A stretch of DNA of 64,000 bases from assembly GCA_018304465.1 (NCBI GenBank), contig JAGVWC010000012.1:32001-96000 (forward strand), given 5' to 3'. The notes under the pieces are model-generated. The model saw only the letters and a program-made list of their open reading frames with translations. It did no database searches and was not told the DNA's origin. The position numbers and the translations under genes were made by a program. The stretch is from Candidatus Iainarchaeum sp. (GTDB lineage: Archaea; Iainarchaeota; Iainarchaeia; Iainarchaeales; JAGVWC01). Below, piece by piece: positions 1 through 9,500 of the stretch (position 1 is its first letter; every line of letters starts with the position of its first letter).

Positions 1-2712
1 CAATTCAAATTGCAGGCAGAAACCTGCGGCACCCAATGCCAAGTGTTAAAGGACAGCATTACTGGACCCAATGGACTGGATATGTTCAAAAAAACGGTTG
101 GGGACGCAACCAAAGAACTTGGCGACTACAAAAAAGAGTTATCCGATCTCTCGGACGTGTCGAATAATCAAGCGCTTTCCGAAATGGCGAGCGCCAAAGT
201 CACTGCGTTTACGGAGCATATGACCGAACCAAGCGACGTACAATATTGTACTCCTTGTTATGCCAAAGCAGACGAAGCGCTTTCCACATTTAATACTGCG
301 TATAAGGAAAAAATCCAGACCGTGAATCAGAAAGTGGACACGATTGAAAAACAATTGTCGGACCAATATGGCGAAAACGGAGCCGCGTATAAAGAGGCGC
401 AACAAGGGTTAAGTGACGCTCAAAAAAGCTGTGGACTGGGACAACAAGCACTAACCGACCAATCAAAAGCCACGCCGGTGGTATCCGATGACGCGGGAAT
501 GCGCCGGTTCGATTCGGGCGCCTTAAGCAGCATGATGTCGCAAGTCGCCATGCTGGGTTTGATGTCGGGTGCAATGGGAAACGGCTTCGCGTCCGATCCC
601 ACCGAAGATGCTCCGCAAGAACACGTGCAACAACAACAGCAAGTGTTTGCGATTAACCTGCCAAGCGATGCGCGATCGACGACAATGAACAACGAAGGAA
701 TCGGCGTGTCCATGGATGCCGAGAACGTCAAGGTCATGGGAAAAACGGATTTGCGCGACCAGCGTGTGCCCGTGATTTTCGAAAACGCGGGTCTCGAAGA
801 AGACAAGCCCACGTACGCGGTGATGACTATCGACGCGGTGGAACACGTGTTTGACGCGGTCACCAAGATTCCGTTCGGGGATTCGCGTTTCCTGCAAACC
901 GATTCGTGGGGACTAGGCCAGTTTTTCGGAAAACAACAGAATTACAACCAGAAATTCCATTTAAGATTCGTTTCAAAAGACACCTTGGTGGAATTGCCGC
1001 CGGTCATCGGAGACCAGTTCGCGTGCACGCAAGGCGCAATGGTGGGACAAACCGGACCGGATGCGTTGCCGAGAATCAAGTTGAAGTGGAACTGGACCGA
1101 TATTACGATGGATTCGTGCGACGCGAAAAACCCGGAGTTCATTTACTGTGACGCCACCCAATTCTCCATCATGATGACCAAACGCTTGCAGGCCGTCAAC
1201 GACTTTTTGGCGGCAAACCCGGGTATTCCATGTCCCACGAACTGGCTGGAAGAACAAGTGCAAGCCGAGCTTGATCCGTTTAACGAATACTTGGTCGCGT
1301 TGGATTTTAGAGAATTCCAAACGAGCGATTACGTGACGGGCTGTTGGCTGCCCAAAACCACGGACATGTTCGACAACAAATCCGCGTTGGAGTTTTACGT
1401 GGATGACTACAAGGAAAACATCCGTTGGACCGACCAGGTGCCGAATTCGCAGGCCTTGCACGAACTCTTGTATTTCGACGCGTATTTGATCCAGGACGGA
1501 TATACGTCCGACTTTAGACAAGACTTCGCGCATTATTTTTCGAATGTGTCGTTTGCGGATACGCCTTCGTTTTTCAACCAGGATCCGACCGGTCACAATT
1601 GGAGCAAGTATTTTTCGTTGGAAGGAATCACGTTCACGCAAAAATTCACGGAAAACGACCAGCTTCCAACCAGCGGCTTGTACCGCGTGGAAACCGTCGC
1701 GGATTTCAAGAACGATGACTGGGCGTTTTTTGACGGACAAACCTTAAACGCGTCCATCAATGTCGGTTTGCTTGCGTTACAACAGAGTTCGCTTAACAGC
1801 GTGTTTTATTATCTGCCGTTTGACGGCGAAGTTGGAACCGAAGGACAAAGTTTGGATCGCCAGGGATACGGAACCGGATACGAAATCGCGAATCATCAAG
1901 CGGTGCAGATTTCAAGACAAAGCGGAATCACGACGTTGGCCAACGCGGGATCGAATCCCGTGCAAGTCGTGGAAGTATCCACGGGTGGATCGTTTGATTC
2001 CTTAAACGCGTTTGCGTCGCAACGCGGATTCATTTTGGATATTGAAAACAAGGACTTGACCAAGAAAGTCTTGCGGTTTACGCCAAGTCTTGCAACCCCG
2101 ATTTTGCTGAAAGTGACGCAAGGCGCGACACCCGAACCATTCGGCGCGTTTTATACGATCCGAAACGCGGATATTCCGCAGAACCTGGGTCAAAGCGCGG
2201 CGTATTGGAGCGGTGCCGGCGCGTGTTTGGACTTTTCAGGTAACCTGGTCGCGGACGCGTGGGATTTCCGCCCCGACCGCAAAGCCCAGTCATCGGACCG
2301 GATTCCGAACTGGACGATTTCGTACGGCATTGATTGGTCCGCGGCGGAAACCGCCGGAGACGTGTTCTTGAAAACCGTCATGTATTCGCCGTTAAACGGT
2401 CGTTTTTCGATTAATGCCGCGTCCGACAACGTGTTGATCGCAACGCCGGACCAGCCGTTTGGAAAAGCCCAGGATCTTGCGGGAGTATCCACCATGGCGT
2501 TTAATCGCCAGGGAACCACGGCCCAAGACCGGATTACGGCGTTGGATGATTTGTTTGAATTGGTTTTCGAGCAAAAAGTGTGCGTGACCAATACGGGGAT
2601 TCGATCCAGTTTCTGGTGGAACCCCAAAACGGTTTTCAACCAGGCGGGCGGATCCGGAAGCAGTATTTCGGATATCGAAGCCACGTTGCAGTCCGGAAAA
2701 ACCTGCCGATAA
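1..2712 (+). CDS. Large Cys-rich putative surface protein, 5'-truncated by window edge; paralog of 3519..10808
   Basis: Frame is open from base 1. N-part is coiled-coil-like with CxxxC/CxxC. C-terminal ~680 aa aligns by eye with the C-terminus of 3519..10808 (TGPDALPRIKLKWNW, YCDATQFSIM, FYYLPFDGEVG, VCVTNTGIRSSFWWNP, terminal TCR). Confidence 0.85.
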   Translation, partial: QFKLQAETCGTQCQVLKDSITGPNGLDMFKKTVGDATKELGDYKKELSDLSDVSNNQALSEMASAKVTAFTEHMTEPSDVQYCTPCYAKADEALSTFNTAYKEKIQTVNQKVDTIEKQLSDQYGENGAAYKEAQQGLSDAQKSCGLGQQALTDQSKATPVVSDDAGMRRFDSGALSSMMSQVAMLGLMSGAMGNGFASDPTEDAPQEHVQQQQQVFAINLPSDARSTTMNNEGIGVSMDAENVKVMGKTDLRDQRVPVIFENAGLEEDKPTYAVMTIDAVEHVFDAVTKIPFGDSRFLQTDSWGLGQFFGKQQNYNQKFHLRFVSKDTLVELPPVIGDQFACTQGAMVGQTGPDALPRIKLKWNWTDITMDSCDAKNPEFIYCDATQFSIMMTKRLQAVNDFLAANPGIPCPTNWLEEQVQAELDPFNEYLVALDFREFQTSDYVTGCWLPKTTDMFDNKSALEFYVDDYKENIRWTDQVPNSQALHELLYFDAYLIQDGYTSDFRQDFAHYFSNVSFADTPSFFNQDPTGHNWSKYFSLEGITFTQKFTENDQLPTSGLYRVETVADFKNDDWAFFDGQTLNASINVGLLALQQSSLNSVFYYLPFDGEVGTEGQSLDRQGYGTGYEIANHQAVQISRQSGITTLANAGSNPVQVVEVSTGGSFDSLNAFASQRGFILDIENKDLTKKVLRFTPSLATPILLKVTQGATPEPFGAFYTIRNADIPQNLGQSAAYWSGAGACLDFSGNLVADAWDFRPDRKAQSSDRIPNWTISYGIDWSAAETAGDVFLKTVMYSPLNGRFSINAASDNVLIATPDQPFGKAQDLAGVSTMAFNRQGTTAQDRITALDDLFELVFEQKVCVTNTGIRSSFWWNPKTVFNQAGGSGSSISDIEATLQSGKTCR
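1051..1188 (+). repeat. Near-identical repeat, copy A1 (partner 9165..9302)
   Basis: 6 mismatches in 138 nt by manual alignment. Confidence 0.9.
2536..2625 (+). repeat. Near-identical repeat, copy B1 (partner 10632..10721)
   Basis: 3 mismatches in 90 nt by manual alignment. Confidence 0.9.
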
Positions 2713-2745
2713 TATATATTCCAAACCATTGCAGAGAGTTCGAAT

Positions 2746-3435
2746 ATGAAAAGACGATCACGGACACCAACGCCCCCCATCCAAAACCGATCCCGGCAAA
2801 AAGTAGGGCGAAGAACGGTGTTACGAACGGTGGTTTCGGCGGCGATCGTAATGCCGTTAGGTTGCGGTTTAAAGATGCCGCGGACCGAAAGAATTTCCCA
2901 GGTAAAGGAGTATGGCTGGCGGCATCGCACCGGAAATCTTCGGCGGTTAATTGTTTCCCAAAAAGTGTACCCAAAAGTGCCGGTTGAATATTATTTGGCT
3001 GAAATTGCGCGACTGAGTGCAAAAGCAAGCCGGCAAAAGCTGTCCCCGCAAAGCAACGTTTCTCCCGAACTTGAATTAATTACCCCTCTTTTTTCGGCCG
3101 AAGCATTAAAGTGGATGGTGAAAAGAAAACACGTTTCCCAGATTGTTGCCGATGAAATTAAAAAATACCAGAAAGGGGTTCCCAAGCAACGGATTCCAGT
3201 GAATCTATATTTGACCGCTCGCTCGGAATGGACGCGGTATGTGCATGAAAACCTAAAAACCAGGTCTTTTTTTACGGAGCTTCAATGGACTCCAAAAAAG
3301 CAGTTGGATTTTTTGCTGGTGGCAATGAAAGATTGGAATTCGTATCAGCGCGTGATACAGCAAGGACATATTCGAGATGCGGCATCCGCCAAGTATTTAT
3401 CGGAATTAAAGGCTTATGCCGAGACATTTCAATGA
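2746..3435 (+). CDS. Hypothetical basic protein (Arg/Lys-rich N-terminus)
   Basis: 229-aa ATG ORF filling the gap between the two giant genes. AT-rich TATA-like stretch at ~2711-2720. Visibly more AT-rich than its flanks. Confidence 0.65.
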   Translation: MKRRSRTPTPPIQNRSRQKVGRRTVLRTVVSAAIVMPLGCGLKMPRTERISQVKEYGWRHRTGNLRRLIVSQKVYPKVPVEYYLAEIARLSAKASRQKLSPQSNVSPELELITPLFSAEALKWMVKRKHVSQIVADEIKKYQKGVPKQRIPVNLYLTARSEWTRYVHENLKTRSFFTELQWTPKKQLDFLLVAMKDWNSYQRVIQQGHIRDAASAKYLSELKAYAETFQ

Positions 3436-3476
3436 CAAAAAGGTTTTCCTAGGCCAAAACGCTTTCTTTTGTAACC

Positions 3477-3484
3477 TTAATATA
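3477..3484 (+). promoter_or_regulatory. Putative TATA box for the giant surface protein gene
   Basis: TTAATATA ~35 nt upstream of the GTG start at 3519. Confidence 0.4.
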
Positions 3485-3518
3485 GGAGAATTCAGTATTC
3501 TATACGAAGGTTTTTTGG

Positions 3519-6500
3519 GTGTCAACCGAATTTAACGAAGCAGTGAATCAGTTCAAGGAAAAATGGGTTGCGCCGCATCGCACCGTGATTTTGAGCGCTC
3601 TCGTGGCCGGGTTTATTCTGGCGTCCTTGTTTGTTTTTTTTCTGATTCCAAACACATCCACGGTGACGATCCGGTTTGAAGACCAAAACCATGTCGCTGT
3701 GAAAAACGTTTTGGTGGTCGTCCGTCAGCCGTTTTCGAAAACGTTGGAGTCAAACGCTTCCGGAACCATTGAAGTGATCGCGTCGCCAAACGACACGATT
3801 TTTTTTCGCGCGGAAAAACCCGGGTTTTCGGTCATTGAAGCCAACATCACGCCCGAAAATCGGAAACCGGTGCACGTGTTTGAATTGGAATCCGCGTCCA
3901 AAACCAGTATTCAAACCATCGTGTTTTCGGGGCTGGATAATCAAAAAATTGTCGGAAAACAACTCGAAGTCCGGTTGAGTTGCGCAAATCTAAATGCGTC
4001 GATGGCACCGGCTGAAAAAACGGTTTCTTCGGAGGATCCGTTGCCGGTCACGTTGCCCAAGGATTGCGGCGGTTTGGTTGTTTCGGTTGTTTCTCCCGTG
4101 GAGTATGCGGGTTATTCATATTCGGTGAGCGCGGAATCGGGATTGATCCGGCTGAAAACAAAAAAGGCGGAAGCGGCAAGACCCGGCGGGTCTTTGACGG
4201 TTCGGGTCACGGCCGAAAAAGGAAGCGTTTTGGCGTCGGATTTGGAAGCGGTGTTGTTCTTGGATTCGAAACGGTTGTCGGAACAGACGGTTCAAAACGG
4301 TTCGGTCGTGTTTGAAAACCTGGAACCCGGAAAATACGCGGTTCGGTTGCATGACCGCAAAGGCGTGTGGGCGGACGCGGTTTCGGAGATCGCGTCGTTG
4401 TCTTCGGGAAAAAAAGGAGCGGTGTCGGTTTCGCTTCGTCAAGCCGTTGGAAAAATTTCAATGCAAACCTCGGATGCTTCGTCTTCTTTCCCGGTCGCGG
4501 GCGCGTGGGTGTCGATCGTGAATCCTTCAACGAACGCGTTGCTTGGCATCGGACAAACCGATCACGCGGGAAAAATCGTTTTTTCTTTTTCGCAAGCGGT
4601 TCCAAGCGGATTGGTCGCGGATATTTTCGCTCAAGGGTATTCGTTTCTTTCTCGGCGGCCCGTGACGGAACAAAACGAGTATCATTTGATTCCGGTTCAA
4701 AAAAAATCGGTTCAAATCGTTCGGGTGGTGGATTCTTCCGGGCAGTTGTTGGAAAACGCGCGGGTGTTTGCCGCGAACCCGGATTCGTTTGAAGCGTTTT
4801 CTTCGGTGTCGTATCAGGCAACGGATCATACGGGAACCGCGCGGTTTGAGGGGTTGTCAGGGCCCGTCGGGTTTGTGGGTTCCAAAGGATTGTTAAGCGG
4901 AAAATCAGGCGTGGTGGAGATCGGAAAAGGAACCGAGGTGCGCATCGTGCTGGTTTCGTCTGCGGCCACGATGCAGATTCGGGTGACGGATGAATCCGCT
5001 AAAGGAATTGCCGGTGCCCAGGTGTCGGTCAAAAACCGGTTAGGCGGAATTAGCGAGCTTAAAACCGGTTCGAATGGATCGGTGGGATTAAACGCCAATG
5101 AAGGGGACGAAGTCCAGTTATCGGTTTCAAAAGAAGGGTTTTCGAGGGTTGAAACGGATTGGTTTTGGGTGCAACACCAGTCCGAACGGATCGTGGTGTT
5201 ATCCAAGCCGTCTTCTCGGGTTTTGATCGAATGGGAAGGTGTGTTTGATCCGAACGGAAAACCCGTGACCAGTTTGTCGCCAAAAAGCAGGTATTTGGCC
5301 CGGATAGCGGTCAGCGTTCCGGATGATTCGGTGGAGACCGGCGTGATGATGGCGGTCGGAAACAAAACCGACGTCACGGAAGAAAACGCGTTCATTTCGT
5401 TTGTGGATTCCACGGGAATGGATATTTCCATGGGAAAAAAGCTGGACAGCACCTTAAGTGAAACGGAATTGGTTTCGGCTCAAAACTTGGATTTTTCAAA
5501 AGCCAAATGGGTTTTGTTGCGGCAGTTTAATCCCAAGCCGGGCAAACGGTTGGTGGGCGTTTGGTTTGAAACAACGGCGGGTTTTTCGGAGCCGCTTGAA
5601 ATCCAGTTCAGGGCGTGGAACCGCTCTGCGGGCGGGATTCAACTGGATCCGGCGGATTCGCAAGCGCAAGCAAAGCAAAAGCCGCTTCTTTTTTCGAACA
5701 TGCGCGCAATCACGGTGGCTGCAAGCGGTTTGGGTTCGGATTGTCTGGAAACGATTTGTGTTTCAAACCTTCAGCTGGAAACCGAATCCGAAGTGGATTC
5801 GGAACCGCCGTTTGACTTAGCGTCTTCTGCACATGGGTCTTTGCATTTGTCCGTTAAAAATACGTCCAGTGAAAACCTGAATGAATTGTCGTTTTCGGTG
5901 GCAAAAACCCAGGATGACGCGGCGACCCCGCTTTTTACCGTGCAGGAAATTCGCGTGGCGGGACAGAAAAAAGACGCGCCGGTTTTGTTTGATTTGAAAG
6001 CGGGAGAAGAAAAAGAAATCGAGGTCGTGTTGGAAGGAAAAACCACGGGACCGTTCGGATTAAAATTGTCTTTGTTGAACCGGGAAGAACCGTTGTGGGA
6101 AAGGGAAATCGCGTTTAATCCGAGTCAAAATCGTTCCTTGAAAATGAATCTGGATGCGTTGTCGGTGCCGGCGTTTTCCCCGTTTTTGCTTTCGATTGTG
6201 GTGCAAGACGCCGCGACATTGGAAGCGGTTCCGGACGCGCTCGTAACGATCGAGAGAACGTCTCCGGACGGGTCCGTTTCGGTGTCTTCGATGCGTGCGG
6301 ATAGTCTTGGAACGGCGGAATTTGATTTTACGGGAGTGCCAAACGGCACAAGTTTATACATAACTTCTTCCAGCGATGGCTTCGATCCCTCCTCCGCAAC
6401 GCTTATGGCCACTCCGTTGCTTTCGTTTTCCCCGCCGTTTATCGGGGTTTTGCTTTCGGGTGAAAACAGGGATGAAAAAGCGGTGATTTCGGTTCAAAAC

Positions 6501-9500
6501 CTTACGACCGAAAAAATCAAAGTGAACCGGATTGATTGGACGGGAAATTTCTTTTCGATCATCAACATGACCAAACTCTTGTCCGACGCCGATGCTTTTT
6601 CGGGAAGCGAAATCGGAAGCGGCGGTTTTGTCTCGGCCGAGTACGCGTTTAATTTGCATTCCGCGTTTTCTCCGACAGTAGACGAGTCTTTTTCGGGAAC
6701 CCACCTCGTCGAAGCGGCTTTGGGCGTCCAGAAATTCGTTTTCGTTTTGCCGGTGGAAGTAACCGTGAAGGCGAATCCGCAGACCGCGAATGCGGAGGAT
6801 TGTCTTAAGGTGAGCCAATCCGCGTGGAGCGGAAACACCGTGGAAAATCGCAGCGATTTCGCGTTTGTATTGGAAAACAATTGCGATGAGGATTTTTCGT
6901 CGCTTGAATCCCAGGTGGTTTGGGACAAAAATCCGATTGGAAACATCGAGTTGTCTTTTGACCAGCAGTCGCCGGTCGCGCTTGCGGACAAACAGTGGGC
7001 GTCTCTTGCGGAAACGGTTCCGAAAAAAGAATTCGCCGGAATACTGACGTTTACGCCAGGCGAAAACGAATTGGGGCAAGAAGCCAAGTTTACCGTGTAT
7101 CTCGCGGGGGTCAAACGATCCGATAAAGCCAGGGTGTTTTCCAAGACGATTTCGGCGAGCATCGCGGTGACGAATCTTGAAAATTGTTTGGTGTATTCGC
7201 CACATCCGGGCACGGGGTTGTCGATTGAGTACGGAAAAGAATCGGCGTTTTCCTTGGACGCGTCCGGCTGCGGAGAACTGGATCTTTCGGTTGAATTGTG
7301 CAAAGACGATCCGGGTTGTTCGGGCGGAGCGCCGGAAGGAAAAATTTCCGTGGAACCGCTTGAATTCGATTTGGGTGTTGAAAACCCGGTTCAGGAAATC
7401 AGGGTCAAAGGAATGGATTTGCCCGGAACGTACGACATCGGGGTTTTTGCGCAGACGCCATCAATCGATTTTGTTCAGATCAGTACCATGGCGATTCGGA
7501 TTAAAACGGATCCGAACGCGTTTTTGGATCTTGAAAAAACCGAGTTTTTCCTTAAAGGCGCCGGCAAAACGGATTCCGCGCAGGTGGAAAACAGGAACCT
7601 TTCAACCATCGTGAATGTGGAAGCGCGTGCCGAAGACTGGGCGCGATTGTCCGGAGAAAACCTTGCAGCGTTTTCGTTGGCTGGCACAGGCTTGTCACCG
7701 GCAGGCGCCTCGGCGTTGGTGGACGCGGCCACGGAGGCCAAAAACCAGGCCGCCGAACTTGCGCGTTCCACGGCGCAGCAAATGGAACAGGCCCAGCAAT
7801 TGTCCCAACAAGCCATGAACCAGCAGAACGATTCGGCCCAAAAGACTTCGGACGCCGAACAACAGGTGAGCACCGCGGCCGGGCTTGGTTCGCAAGGCGT
7901 GAACATGATTCAGATGCTTTCGACGCAATGCGCCGCGGTTGAAACCGCATGTGTTACTCCGATTTATCCCGCGTGCCAAGGCATTCCGCAGGCATGCGCC
8001 GCTGCACAGAGTATTTTCGGAGCGTTAAAAGGCGCGGAAGGCGCGGGAAATGCCGCGGCCGGCGCGGTGCAAGAAGCCCTTGAACAAACCGGTCCCCCTG
8101 GAGTCGTTTTGGCGAAAGGACAAAAAGATTCCTTGTTTAGGATCTTGTTGGCGGGCGCAAACGCGGTGGGTTCCGCCCAAACCGCGTTAACGGAAATTAA
8201 TAGTGCGGAGCAAACCGCGGCCGTGGAGACCTCAGCGGAATTATCCCAAGGCGCCGAAAGCGCAAGCGGTCTTGGAGCCAGTTCGTGTCAGAACAGCAAT
8301 CAAGCGCAGCAATCCGCGCAAGAAGCGGGTCAGAAAACCGGGCAAGCGGGAATGAACCTGGGATTGGCGGGCGCAAGCATCGGAATGTCGGTCACGCAAG
8401 CCGCGGCCATGGAAGCGTCCATGGGTTCGTGTACGTGTCCCGCGGCGGTTTCGATGAAAAACCAGTTTTATGCATTTAAAGGGGTGCAAACGAGTCTGGA
8501 TGGAACCAACGTGGCCGCGACTTCGGCCGCCAATGACCAGGCCAAACCCAGTCAGCAGCAAGCGCAAATGGGGTCGCAGGCCGCGTCCGCGGCGGCTTGT
8601 GCGGCAAGCGAACAGTTAAACAAGTTCGCGGATGCGTCCGAACAGTTGTCCGGGGATCTGAACGGGGAAAACGAGGAAGTCACCCAAAATATCGCGGCGA
8701 TTTTGGCCGGCGGGGTTTCTACCGGATACCTGGAAGGCATTTATCGTCCGGATGATGTGGTGCGAAATCAGTTAACGGGATTTGTGATTAATTTGAAAGC
8801 GGACGCCAAAACCGTTTCAACGGGAACCGAAAAAGTGTCAGGCGTGTTTGAAACCACGGATGCCTCGGTCGTGGGCGAATACAAAACCCAGTCCGCCGGC
8901 GTCGTTTTCTCGAACAAGTCGCTTGAAGAAGAAACGATTTTTGCAACCGTCGTGCTGGATACGAATCTGCACGAATATGCCGATCCTACGGTTGTTCCGG
9001 CGGGAGCAACGGGCTGGGGGCCTTTCCAATTGGAGTCGTTAAGTGAAGTGTCGTCGCACCAGCAAAAATTCCATGTCAAGTTCACGGGAAAAGAAGAGCC
9101 CCAAGTGATCGAACAGCAAGGACAACACGCGGTTGCATGTCAAAGTGGAGCCTTGTTGGGCCGAACCGGTCCGGACGCGTTGCCGAGAATCAAGTTGAAG
9201 TGGAACTGGACCGATATCACGTTGGATTCATGCGACGCGAAAAACCCGGATTTCATTTACTGTGACGCCACCCAATTCTCCATCATGATGACCAAACGCT
9301 TGTACGCGTTACGGGAGTTTTTGTCCCAAAACACCCATCTGAGTTGTCCGACGAACACGTACCAGGTGAACCTGGACGCGGAAATGAGCGGTTTTAACCG
9401 GCAATTGAACGCGGGATTCGCGTCCGCCAATTATGTTTCGGGTTGCTGGTTGCCGCGTTCCACGCGCTTGTTTGACAAACGCTCCGCGCTGGAATATTTC

